Shown in pieces: positions 37,343 through 45,345 of a stretch of 45,880 nt of DNA. The stretch lies in the IMG/VR virus record IMGVR_UViG_3300042246_000004, positions 1-45,880 of that record. One strand, 5' to 3'. The first letter of the stretch is position 1. Each line of letters opens with the position of its first letter. Made by a program: the position numbers and the translations under genes. The notes beneath the pieces are model-generated. The model had not been told where the DNA came from, ran no database searches, and was given only the letters and a program-made list of their open reading frames with translations. Source of the DNA: a virus. Its lineage: Duplodnaviria > Caudoviricetes.

Positions 37343-37572
37343 GCTGCATTCTCCTGTTCTTCAATTCTTTTTGCCGCCTGATACTGCCGATACCCGCAGC
37401 GCTTGGCGGCGGCCAGTACAACCGGGTCAATATCCGGCACTTCGACTTCAACCTCTGCGATCTGGATCATTCCCAGACGCCGTTCGTCATCCTCAATCGG
37501 GAAGGCTCGGTAACGGATGGTTTCGGTATCACCGACAACCCAGCAGTAGGCGTACAGGGTGATGGTGCTCAT
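37339..37572 (-). CDS. Hypothetical protein, 77 aa
   Basis: ATGA coupling; GGAGAGG SD. Confidence 0.6.
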   Translation of the reverse strand: MSTITLYAYCWVVGDTETIRYRAFPIEDDERRLGMIQIAEVEVEVPDIDPVVLAAAKRCGYRQYQAAKRIEEQENAA

Positions 37573-37883
37573 GAGATCCTCTCCTGCATCATTAGGAAAA
37601 CGATCATTGCGGCTCGAAGTGGGTTTTCATTCACAGCCCAAAGCTCTGCGCTAGAGTCATGATAAGCAGACCACCTACCCACTCCTTTTTTAACTAGGCT
37701 GCTTAGCGAAACCAGGCTGATATTGTTCTCAAGGATCACAGCGAAGGCGTCGGCGGGGTTATTGCAGTAGTCTTTAAGCTTAATTTGGTGGTAGCCCTCA
37801 CCAACGGGCCCAACAGCATCGCCATGGATAGCCTTGAGTACCGCGTGATTTATATCTTCATCGCTCATCTGTTTGTATTTCAC
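37569..37883 (-). CDS. NinX-like (DUF2591) phage protein
   Basis: MSDEDIN.AV...DYCNNPADA..VI.EN.ISL...NPLRAAMIVFLMMQE. Confidence 0.78.
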   Translation of the reverse strand: MKYKQMSDEDINHAVLKAIHGDAVGPVGEGYHQIKLKDYCNNPADAFAVILENNISLVSLSSLVKKGVGRWSAYHDSSAELWAVNENPLRAAMIVFLMMQERIS

Positions 37884-38227
37884 GCCGCATCCTCCATTAT
37901 TTCCCGAGTCAATTCAGGCTCAAGCATCTCAACGTAGTGCCGGATATAGGCCTGCATCAGTTCTTCATACTCGGTAGCCAGTGCCTGCTTCTGCGTATCA
38001 GTCAATCCGGGCTGCATTGAGCGCTGATCCCAGTCTTCACACTGAGGCGACTCAAAGAAGGCCAGATGAGCATCGCGCAGCTTGTGCCAGCGGTTACCGA
38101 TGGTTAAACCGGATTCCATGAACACATCCACCAGCTGCGTGATCTCATCGCTGTGCGTAAACAACAACTCTTCCAGCGCACCGGCCTGGGCATTCAGTGT
38201 GCTGCCGTGGTCATAATCGGTTGTCAT
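37880..38227 (-). CDS. Acidic hypothetical protein, 115 aa (MTTDYDHG...)
   Basis: GGTGA SD before ATG 38227; GTGA-coupled to the next gene. Confidence 0.6.
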   Translation of the reverse strand: MTTDYDHGSTLNAQAGALEELLFTHSDEITQLVDVFMESGLTIGNRWHKLRDAHLAFFESPQCEDWDQRSMQPGLTDTQKQALATEYEELMQAYIRHYVEMLEPELTREIMEDAA

Positions 38228-38231
38228 ATTT

Positions 38232-38384
38232 TCACCATTCATCAAGAAGCGGCTGGATCGCGGTGCGCACACAGCGACCGGTCAGCCATGCGTGGATTGC
38301 GGTACCGGCTACAACGCACAGCCAGCCGGTAATGAAGATGCCGCAGAGCGCGGCACAAAAAGCGATGATCAGAAAAGCATCCAT
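38232..38384 (-). CDS. Small membrane protein, 50 aa; first gene of the left operon
   Basis: AGGAG SD; MDAFLIIAFCAALCGIFITGWLCVVAGTAIHAWL hydrophobic stretch. Confidence 0.6.
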   Translation of the reverse strand: MDAFLIIAFCAALCGIFITGWLCVVAGTAIHAWLTGRCVRTAIQPLLDEW

Positions 38385-38655
38385 TGCGGTTCTCCTGTTT
38401 CGATTCCGGTAACGCCCTCGCGAGAAGGCGCTACGAGAATTTTTCAGGTCTTGCGTATCGATTACACGCCATCGAAGTAGGCGATTGCTTATCAACCGTC
38501 ACACTGTCATCGGTACAGCTGGCCGTTCTGAGGCCAAAACGAGAGGGAGTATTCGGGAAGCACGGCGAACCGTGGCCGGGACAGAGCCGGCATGGACCAG
38601 AAATTTGTTGCCCGCACTGTGCCCGTTAAGGGGATCTGGTCGCGGGGATCTTGAT

Positions 38656-38667
38656 TGTTAAAGAGCG
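38656..38667 (-). promoter_or_regulatory. boxA antitermination element
   Basis: CGCTCTTTAACA on the minus strand, just downstream of PL. Confidence 0.75.
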
Positions 38668-38696
38668 GTGCAGGGCTGGCCTGCTTGGTTGATGAA

Positions 38697-38740
38697 ACTA
38701 TGAACCATAAGTACACATTCTGTCAAGTACCAAAAGTACA
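38697..38740 (-). promoter_or_regulatory. PL promoter with two operators (OL)
   Basis: -35 TTGACA (38721-38726), 18-bp spacer, -10 CATAGT (38697-38702); operators TGAACCATAAGTACA (38701-38715) and AGTACCAAAAGTACA (38726-38740). Confidence 0.75.
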
Positions 38741-38757
38741 TAAATTTAATCGGGCAC

Positions 38758-38785
38758 AAAAAAAACCCGCATGAGCGGGCTTGTG
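38758..38785 (-). terminator. Intrinsic terminator downstream of cI
   Basis: Minus strand CCCGC-tcat-GCGGG followed by T8. Confidence 0.8.
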
Positions 38786-38903
38786 AGTCTTGGGGTATGA
38801 TGATCAGAAATAACGCAGGATGAGCAGGAGGATTGAGTTGTGATCGAACAGCAAGAACCAGCTTTCGATCAGCAGTTGGCAGAATTCAGGGCGCACATAT
38901 TAG

Positions 38904-39578
38904 TTACAGCTTAATCTTTGCTTCTTTTACAACACCAACGATCCGGCAGTTGCCGTTGATCTCAATGGTTCGGTAGTTGGGATTTAGCGGCTTGAGGTAC
39001 TTCTGCCCAGCATCGATCACCAGTTTTTTGAACGTCACCTCATCTGAGTCGGTCAACTTGGCTATCACTAGGCTGCCATTATCAGCAGGTGATGCCGGAT
39101 CAACCAATATCAAGTGACCTTCTGGGATGCTCAGGCCGCTTGGTGCCGTCATGCTGTCACCGACTACGCGCAGCCAAAAGGCATTCTCGCCTACATTACA
39201 GTCTGATGACTCCCATTGATCAGCATCCCCAGGGTGAAACATGTCGATTGCTTCAGACCATTCACCGGCCTGCACCCAGCTGATCACAGGGAACCTCCTT
39301 TCGTCCTTGAAATGAGCTGGAGCCACATTGCTTGGCTCTACCGATTCCCCGGGAAACATTGGCTCGGCGCCATATTCCAGCCATTCGCTACGAACACCGG
39401 TCTCATTCGCAATCTGAACAATTTTCTCACGGCGAGGAACGCTCTCGCCGTTCAGCCACTTACTCGCAGCCTTGGGGGTGACATCTGTCAGCCGGTGAAG
39501 CCATGCGCCTGAACCGTGCTTTTTGACTCCCCTTAACGCAAGGGCTTTCTGGAGCCGCTCACCAAACTCAACACTCAT
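38904..39578 (-). CDS. cI: CI-type repressor (HTH plus S24 autopeptidase)
   Basis: HTH VTPKAASKWLNGESVP; Ala-Gly cleavage site VQAG; catalytic Ser (GDSM) and Lys (TFKKL); GAGG SD before ATG 39578; divergent from cro. Confidence 0.92.
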   Translation of the reverse strand: MSVEFGERLQKALALRGVKKHGSGAWLHRLTDVTPKAASKWLNGESVPRREKIVQIANETGVRSEWLEYGAEPMFPGESVEPSNVAPAHFKDERRFPVISWVQAGEWSEAIDMFHPGDADQWESSDCNVGENAFWLRVVGDSMTAPSGLSIPEGHLILVDPASPADNGSLVIAKLTDSDEVTFKKLVIDAGQKYLKPLNPNYRTIEINGNCRIVGVVKEAKIKL

Positions 39579-39594
39579 CGTACCGCCTCGCGAA

Positions 39595-39667
39595 TGAACC
39601 ACAGGTTCAATGATGCAATAGTCTTGCGGAACAATCAGTTCATGTTCTATCATGTACCCAAAGTTCA
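39595..39667. promoter_or_regulatory. OR region: three 15-bp operators and PR
   Basis: TGAACCACAGGTTCA (39595-39609), GGAACAATCAGTTCA (39628-39642), TGTACCCAAAGTTCA (39653-39667); PR -35 TTGCGG (39624), -10 TATCAT (39648). Confidence 0.75.
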
Positions 39668-39683
39668 CATTGAGACCCCGCAA

Positions 39684-39920
39684 ATGAATGTTTTGAAGAC
39701 CTCCATTGACCAGATACCGGGCAAGATCCCAGCCGCAGCAAAGGCTTGTGGTGTCAGTGTCCGTGCGGTCTACAAGTGGATTGATGCAGGCCGACTGCCG
39801 CGCACCGACTACACAGGCGAAACCGAGTATGCAAAGCGGCTCGCTGACATCTCCGGCGGTGCGTTCTCATCTGACTGGCTTCTCTCAGAAACATTGAAGT
39901 CAACCTCTGACGCAGCCTAA
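39684..39920 (+). CDS. cro: Cro-like repressor, 78 aa
   Basis: AAAKACGVSVRAVYKWIDAGRLPRTDYTGET HTH; divergent from cI. Confidence 0.85.
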   Translation: MNVLKTSIDQIPGKIPAAAKACGVSVRAVYKWIDAGRLPRTDYTGETEYAKRLADISGGAFSSDWLLSETLKSTSDAA

Positions 39921-39931
39921 GGACAGCTCTC

Positions 39932-40171
39932 ATGGCAAAACTACCCGGCCACTTGGCCACACACGTCACCGATGAAGAAGAAGCGCAGATCAAAGCGCTG
40001 GCCGATCTGGTCGGTATCTCTGCATCTGAATATCTGCGCGATCTCATCATGTCTCACCTCGCTGAGAAGCACCGTCAATTTCAGTCTATGCACCGCATCT
40101 TTGGTTCGGCAAATGGTGCGGCGGGTGCTGAAAGAACTGTCGGAAATGGTGAAGGGGTTGGCCGTGGCTGA
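39932..40171 (+). CDS. Small DNA-binding regulator at the cII position (ribbon-helix-helix-like)
   Basis: LATHVTDEEEAQIKALADLVGISASEYLRDLI; AAGGA SD; follows cro. Confidence 0.65.
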   Translation: MAKLPGHLATHVTDEEEAQIKALADLVGISASEYLRDLIMSHLAEKHRQFQSMHRIFGSANGAAGAERTVGNGEGVGRG

Positions 40172-40346
40172 TGTAGTCGATCAGGCGCAGGAGCGCATCG
40201 AACGCGAAGAATCATGGTTTGTTGTCCGCAGTAAGCAGCAGGCCCAGAACATGAAAGGCGAACCGGATTGCCGCAAGTGCGGCGAAACGAACGACCGTTA
40301 TCACCTTGGCTACGCAGTTTGCACGGACTGCGTGCCGAAGTCCTGA
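40164..40346 (+). CDS. TraR/DksA-like C4 zinc-finger protein, 60 aa
   Basis: MADVVDQAQERIE (DxxDxA) ... CRKC ... CTDC; GTG start with AAGGGG SD. Confidence 0.72.
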   Translation: MADVVDQAQERIEREESWFVVRSKQQAQNMKGEPDCRKCGETNDRYHLGYAVCTDCVPKS

Positions 40347-40353
40347 GCATCTG

Positions 40354-40861
40354 TGAAGGGCAGGGCATGTAGTGCTGCTGGCAGATCAGCGCCCAAGATA
40401 ATCTGCAAGCCAAACGGGTTCGACTCCACCCTTTCAAGGCCGGTATCCGCTTCGCCGGTGGCGACAGAGAGGCGGCAACGCAAAGCAGCTCACAAACCAT
40501 TACCTGAGTGTAACGGGGCGTTTAAGACAGGGCTGCTTTCCGTTGTGGAAACGCAACGGGCCTTAGCGCCAATGGCAGCCGGTAGCCGATAAGCCGGACA
40601 GCAGTGCAGAAAGTTACGGAGTAGAGGGCTGCACCCTGAGGACGCTCCAGAGAATCGCAGGCAACCGCCGATAGGAGGGTGATCCGCGATCTACCCGCTG
40701 CAGGTTGAAGCAGCAAGGACGGACCCAGTCGTGAGACTCGGAACCGGAACCACGGGGGCACAGTACAGACTGCCATAAGCCCCGCCGGATGGCGTAACCG
40801 GCACCAACTTCCAGATAAAGAAAAACCCCGGTGCTGAAAGGCTGGCGAGCCGCAACGGGGT
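40354..40861 (+). ncRNA. Candidate structured ncRNA/leader with a tRNA-like 5' element
   Basis: No credible ORF across ~530 nt; T-loop GGTTCGACTCC (40417-40427) inside a closed cloverleaf-like fold; several GNRA-capped hairpins. Confidence 0.45.
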
Positions 40862-40880
40862 CAATCAAGAGGTGTTCATT

Positions 40881-41594
40881 ATGAACCATGCAATTGTAAC
40901 AGGCAAATCCGAACAAATCACCATGAGCAGTCGCGAGATTGCGGATCTGGTTGAGTCACGCCATGACGACGTTAAGCGCTCCATCGAGCGATTGGCAAAT
41001 CGAGGCGTTATTCAACTACCGCCAATGGCGGAAGTTCGAAATCACTTGGGTCAGACGGTTAGCGTCTACTCAGTAGGTAAACGTGACAGCTATGTGATCG
41101 TTGCTCAGCTTTCTCCGGAATTTACCGCTCGGCTGGTGGACCGCTGGCAAGAGCTTGAGCAGCAGGTAGCACAGCCATCCTTCCAGATCCCCGCCAGCTT
41201 GTCCGAAGCATTGCGCCTGGCTGCAGATCAGGCTGAACAGATCGAACAGCAGCAGGCACTGATTGAGCAGCAGAAGCCCGCCGTCCAGTTTGTCGATAAG
41301 TACGTGGAAACCACCGGCCTAAAAGGTTTCCGCCAGGTAGCCAAGCTGTTGAAGGCCAATGAGCGAGAACTGCGCGACTTCCTGATCAGCCACAAGATCA
41401 TGTACCGCATTGGTGGTGAGTGGACCGCCTATCAGAACCACATCGATGCTGGCCGCTTCCAGTCCAAAACCGGCACCAATGAAAACAACGGCCACGCATA
41501 CACTCGCGCCATGTTTACACCGAAGGGGGTTAACTGGTTGGCGGGGCTGTGGGCGCAGTATCAGATCGGCAAGCAGGATGAGGTGGCGGCATGA
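40881..41594 (+). CDS. Phage antirepressor (Rha-like N-terminus plus ANT/KilA-C domain)
   Basis: MSSREIADLVESRHDDVKRSIERL...FTARLVDRWQELE; IPASLSEALRLAAD; KPAVQFVD...FTPKGVNWL; GAGGTG SD. Confidence 0.88.
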   Translation: MNHAIVTGKSEQITMSSREIADLVESRHDDVKRSIERLANRGVIQLPPMAEVRNHLGQTVSVYSVGKRDSYVIVAQLSPEFTARLVDRWQELEQQVAQPSFQIPASLSEALRLAADQAEQIEQQQALIEQQKPAVQFVDKYVETTGLKGFRQVAKLLKANERELRDFLISHKIMYRIGGEWTAYQNHIDAGRFQSKTGTNENNGHAYTRAMFTPKGVNWLAGLWAQYQIGKQDEVAA

Positions 41595-42577
41595 GCAACA
41601 TCTACCACTTGAATGCCGTCCGCGCTGCCGCAGAGCCTGCACCAGAGCAGATCGAAGCGCAGGAAGGGGGTTATATCAAATTATTCAGATCGCTCCAGGA
41701 TAGCGCCTTTGCTGGCCGTCCTGAGTACCTGTCGGCCTGGGTGCATATCCTGATGCTGGCATCCTACAAGCCGCGTAAGACGATGCTGGGTAACAAGCCG
41801 GTGATGTTGCAGGCGGGGCAGTTTATCTCCGGTCGTAAGGCGCTGGCTGCGCGGGTCGGCGTGACTGAAAAACAGATGCGCGGCATTCTGGATTTCTTCG
41901 TCAGCGAGGGGATGATCAGCAAGGATTCCAACCGCTCCGGCACTATTTTCACTGTATGCAATTACAGTGTTTTTCAGTCAAATGAGGGCCAACAAGGGCC
42001 AACGGTTTCGGGCCAACAAAAGGGCCAAGCCAAGCCCAGCAATGACGCGGCCTTAAGCGAATCAGGGGCCAACGAAAAGGCCAGCGCAGGGCCAACCAAA
42101 AGGGCCACTACACAAGAACACAAGAATATATCTATACCTAACGGTATAGATCTTGTCGGGCAGGACGAGCCTGCACCGACGGCAGCGGCCACGTCGAATA
42201 CGGTTGTCGCATCCAAGCCGAAAAAATCCCGCCCTGATTACACCGAGCAGTGCGAGCAGGTGATCGCTCATCTGAACCAGACCGCAGGCAAGCGCTTCAA
42301 GAACACGGCCACCAACCACAAATTCATCAGCGCCCGACTCAAAGACGGCCACACCCTGGACGACCTGATCACCGTGATCGACCGCAAGACTGCGGAGTGG
42401 ATCGACGATGGCCGGATGAACCAGTACCTGCGCCCGGCCACCCTGTTCAACGCCGAGAAGTTCGAGGGCTACCTGAACGCGCCGGCGGGTCTGGCTGTGC
42501 AGCCTCAGCAGCGCCCCCGCTCGAACGGCCCGGACTGGGACGATCTGACCTGGGCCAACGATCTGGGAGGGCTGTGA
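41591..42577 (+). CDS. Replication initiator (O-like) with conserved phage C-terminal domain
   Basis: GYIKLFRSL N-terminus; central iterons; VIAHLN..AGKRFK...QYLRPATLF...KFEGYL. Confidence 0.85.
   Translation: MSNIYHLNAVRAAAEPAPEQIEAQEGGYIKLFRSLQDSAFAGRPEYLSAWVHILMLASYKPRKTMLGNKPVMLQAGQFISGRKALAARVGVTEKQMRGILDFFVSEGMISKDSNRSGTIFTVCNYSVFQSNEGQQGPTVSGQQKGQAKPSNDAALSESGANEKASAGPTKRATTQEHKNISIPNGIDLVGQDEPAPTAAATSNTVVASKPKKSRPDYTEQCEQVIAHLNQTAGKRFKNTATNHKFISARLKDGHTLDDLITVIDRKTAEWIDDGRMNQYLRPATLFNAEKFEGYLNAPAGLAVQPQQRPRSNGPDWDDLTWANDLGGL
41950..42151. repeat. Replication origin: GGGCCAAC iterons flanked by inverted repeats
   Basis: GGGCCAAC at 41986, 41996, 42010, 42066 and 42089, plus variants at 42022, ~42078 and 42102; hairpins CACTGTA/TACAGTG (41950-41969) and ATCTATACC/GGTATAGAT (42130-42151). 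Confidence 0.8.
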
Positions 42578-42578
42578 C

Positions 42579-43256
42579 ATGCAATCCGTATCCACCGTAA
42601 CCCGTCAGGTTGTGCAGCAGCAGCGCAGCGGTCAGGTTGCTCGGCCTCAGCAGGGGCCGAGCCTGAGCGACGCAGCGGCCCGCAACGTCAACGATATCTT
42701 TCGCGCCCTGCAGGCGTCCTTCCCGGCCTGGCGCAACGCCTTCCCGGATGATGCCAGCCTGAAAGCGGCCAAGGCGTCCTGGGTGAAGGGGCTGATGGCA
42801 GCAGGTGTTACCGACCTGTCACAGATCGCCCGGGGTGTTGAAAAGGCGCGCTTGTCTGAATCCGATTTCTTCCCATCCGTGGGCAAGTTCATTTCGTGGT
42901 GTCGCGTACAGCCTGCCGATCTCGGCCTGCCGCCAGATGACGTTGCATGGCTGGAAGCGAACCACCACTCGCACCATGTACTGATCCACCAGTGGACGCA
43001 CCCGGCGATCTACGAGGCTGGCCGCCGTACCGGCTGGTATGAGATCCGCAATGGTGACGCCACTCAAAAGGCGTTCAGCAGTCATTACCAGGCAGTTGCC
43101 GGTGAAATAGCCGAAGGGGCGGTATTTACCATGCCTGCCGCCGATAGCACGCGACTGGAGCACCACACGAACGGTACCAAGGTGCAAACCGAACAGGCCA
43201 AGCAGACGGGCAAGGCCGCTCTGGCAGAACTGAAAAAAGGAATGGGGCTGAACTGA
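42579..43256 (+). CDS. Lambda P-like helicase loader
   Basis: VNDIFRALQASFPAWR...AKASWVKGL...GVEKAR....FFPSVGKFISWC; follows the initiator. Confidence 0.82.
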   Translation: MQSVSTVTRQVVQQQRSGQVARPQQGPSLSDAAARNVNDIFRALQASFPAWRNAFPDDASLKAAKASWVKGLMAAGVTDLSQIARGVEKARLSESDFFPSVGKFISWCRVQPADLGLPPDDVAWLEANHHSHHVLIHQWTHPAIYEAGRRTGWYEIRNGDATQKAFSSHYQAVAGEIAEGAVFTMPAADSTRLEHHTNGTKVQTEQAKQTGKAALAELKKGMGLN

Positions 43257-43471
43257 TGACCACCGAAATCCGCGAACTGGAACAGAAACTCAAACTGATC
43301 GAGGAGATCGTTCAGCAGGCGGTCAAGAACCCCATCAAGACCGGCGACCTGACCGGTGGCGGCCTGAAGGATGTGCTGGACGACAAGACGCTGTGCGGTA
43401 TCACCCGTTACGGGCATACCGAAGCCGTGATCATTCCGATCCACCTGCTGAGGAGGTTTGTGGGTGAGTAA
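43256..43471 (+). CDS. Small protein with Phd/YefM-like C-terminal motif
   Basis: TGATG coupling; LKDVLDD...ITRYGHTEAVIIPI. Confidence 0.55.
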   Translation: MTTEIRELEQKLKLIEEIVQQAVKNPIKTGDLTGGGLKDVLDDKTLCGITRYGHTEAVIIPIHLLRRFVGE

Positions 43472-43952
43472 GTCGATCACGATCAAGACCGAAGATCAGC
43501 AGCGCCCGGTCATGCTGCGCGTTTGGCAGCTGGTCAGTGAAATGATCAAGGGCGGACCGGTCACTGTATCGGTCCAACGCCCGAGCCGGTCAGCGGAAAT
43601 GAACAAGAAGTTTCACGCCATGATCCGCGACATTGCCCAGCAGGTGACGTTCTTCGGCAAGCGCCGGTATGACACCGAAGTATGGAAGGCGTTGCTTGTC
43701 GATCAGTTTGAGCAGGAGAAGGCCGCGATGGGTGAGCCTTTGAGTCACCCAGGGCAGCTGATCACCAGCATGGACGGCCAGCGCACCATTACCGTTCGGC
43801 CCAGCACAACCAAGTTCCGCAAGGCGGAAGCGTCAGAATTCATCGAATTTCTGTACCAGCAGGGCAGTGAGATGGGTGTGAACTGGAGCGAACCGGCACT
43901 TGCGATCTATGCCGAGTACCGGGAAGCGCAGGAAGGGAGGAAGGCGGCGTGA
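43464..43952 (+). CDS. ninB: NinB-family recombination protein
   Basis: RSAEMNKKFHAMIRDIAQQV...WKALL...PSTTK...SEFIEFLY..G...GVNWS; AGGAGG SD before GTG 43464. Confidence 0.78.
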   Translation: MSKSITIKTEDQQRPVMLRVWQLVSEMIKGGPVTVSVQRPSRSAEMNKKFHAMIRDIAQQVTFFGKRRYDTEVWKALLVDQFEQEKAAMGEPLSHPGQLITSMDGQRTITVRPSTTKFRKAEASEFIEFLYQQGSEMGVNWSEPALAIYAEYREAQEGRKAA

Positions 43953-44245
43953 ATCTCAAAACCAAACCATACCGCAACCGCAAGTGGCTGGCCGCCGTGG
44001 GCCAGTTGGATCAGTGCGTACTCTGTGGCGCCTGGGGTATCCAGGTCGCGCACCGCAACGAGGGCCGAGGCATGGGGCAGAAGAACGACGACAGCCTAAC
44101 CGCTGCGCTCTGTCCCAGTTGTCACCATGAGATCGACAACGGCAACCACCTGAGCCGCGAGGAGCGCCGGGAGCGGATGGATCGAGCCATTGTGCTGACA
44201 TTGCAGCAGCTAACACGGCGCGGACTAGTGGAGGTGGCGGCATGA
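43949..44245 (+). CDS. Zn-binding HNH-like nin-region protein (DUF968/DUF1364-like)
   Basis: RNRKWLAAV...CVLCG...AHRN..RGMGQK.DD...ALCPSCH.EID. Confidence 0.75.
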   Translation: MNLKTKPYRNRKWLAAVGQLDQCVLCGAWGIQVAHRNEGRGMGQKNDDSLTAALCPSCHHEIDNGNHLSREERRERMDRAIVLTLQQLTRRGLVEVAA

Positions 44246-44706
44246 TTATAGCTATTGATCCCGGCGTCAGCGGCTGCATTGCTGTACTGAACGAACTGGA
44301 CTGCACACTGATTGATCATCAGCACACGCCAACCGTGAAGATGGGTAAACGCAACCGTGTCAATGCAGCCGCTCTGGCTGGCTTTCTGCAGCAGTACAAG
44401 GGTGCGCACCACTGCTACATCGAAAAAGTTGGCGCAATGCCGGGGCAGGGCGTAGCCAGCATGTTCAGCTTCGGTCATGCCGCCGGGCTGGTAGAGGGTG
44501 TCGTGGCCGGTATGCAAGTGCCTATGACGCTGGTCACGCCGCAGTCTTGGAAGAAGCACCACGGTCTAATCGGCAAAGACAAGGATGCCAGCCGTACCCG
44601 CTGCATCCAGCTGTACCCAGAATGCCGGGAGCTGGATCTGAAGGCGAAAGGGCAGGCGCTTGCTGATGCCGTCCTGATAGGACTGTACGGGATGGCGCAT
44701 GGATAG
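44242..44706 (+). CDS. RuvC-like Holliday junction resolvase
   Basis: IIAIDPG, YIEKV, FSFG, VTPQSWKK, ADAVLI acidic motifs. Confidence 0.85.
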   Translation: MIIAIDPGVSGCIAVLNELDCTLIDHQHTPTVKMGKRNRVNAAALAGFLQQYKGAHHCYIEKVGAMPGQGVASMFSFGHAAGLVEGVVAGMQVPMTLVTPQSWKKHHGLIGKDKDASRTRCIQLYPECRELDLKAKGQALADAVLIGLYGMAHG

Positions 44707-44869
44707 AGATCAGCGAGAACACTTTCTCGACTGCCTCGCTCGCTGGGTAGCCCAGCAGCCACGGCAAAGACAGGAAAGCTGGGCACAAAAGCAGAGCCAG
44801 CAGATGCGGGACGAGATACGCGAGCGGATCATTAAGCAGAGGAGAATGCGGAATGCGCGACAATCCTGA
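44699..44869 (+). CDS. Small helical hypothetical protein, 56 aa; not in ORF track
   Basis: MDRDQREHFLDCLARWVAQQPRQRQESWAQKQSQQMRDEIRERIIKQRRMRNARQS; overlaps both neighbours by a few nt. Confidence 0.55.
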   Translation: MDRDQREHFLDCLARWVAQQPRQRQESWAQKQSQQMRDEIRERIIKQRRMRNARQS

Positions 44870-45086
44870 TCAGTGCGTGGCCAGCCGCCAAAAGACCTTG
44901 TGTGTCTATTTCCAGCACAACGGACAGTGGTACCGCATGATTGCGTCCGCGCACGTTATCGCCGGATTTCTAGGGGTTAAGTGGGAAACCGTGAAGAAGC
45001 GCCGATTGAGGGGTTCGCCGTGGTCCAAGTCGTTCCGGCCGACCGATATGAGGGTTGAGTGCTGCCGCCAGGGACATAGCATCTGA
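44853..45086 (+). CDS. Basic hypothetical protein with HTH-like segment
   Basis: GAGGAG SD; SAHVIAGFLGVKWETVKKRRLRG. Confidence 0.55.
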   Translation: MRDNPDQCVASRQKTLCVYFQHNGQWYRMIASAHVIAGFLGVKWETVKKRRLRGSPWSKSFRPTDMRVECCRQGHSI

Positions 45087-45114
45087 TAAAACACATATCT
45101 CATGGAATATAGGC

Positions 45115-45345
45115 ATGGCAGACCAACAGTTAGCGCACGACATTACCATTGAGGCCGGAAAGGCCGCCCCGCCCGTTGCAGTGGCAGGGGGACACTTTCT
45201 GCTGGGCATCCCTTTGGCGGACTGGGTAGCCATTTTCACGCTGGTGTATCTGTTTGGATCGATCGGATTGCTGGTGCCCAAGTATCGATACCAGTTTGCA
45301 CAGTGGCGAAAAGCTCGCCGCGAAAAACGGGAGCAGCGTGAATGA
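45115..45345 (+). CDS. Holin
   Basis: Hydrophobic segments and a highly basic C-terminus; ATGA-coupled to the endolysin. Confidence 0.8.
   Translation: MADQQLAHDITIEAGKAAPPVAVAGGHFLLGIPLADWVAIFTLVYLFGSIGLLVPKYRYQFAQWRKARREKREQRE

Noticed and set aside
39579-39683. Longer starts for cI (39683) and cro (39594)
   Set aside because: They would run through the operator/promoter region and overlap each other.
40354-40436. Canonical tRNA gene
   Set aside because: T-loop is present but there is no 7-nt anticodon loop, proper D arm or CCA; kept only as a tRNA-like element.
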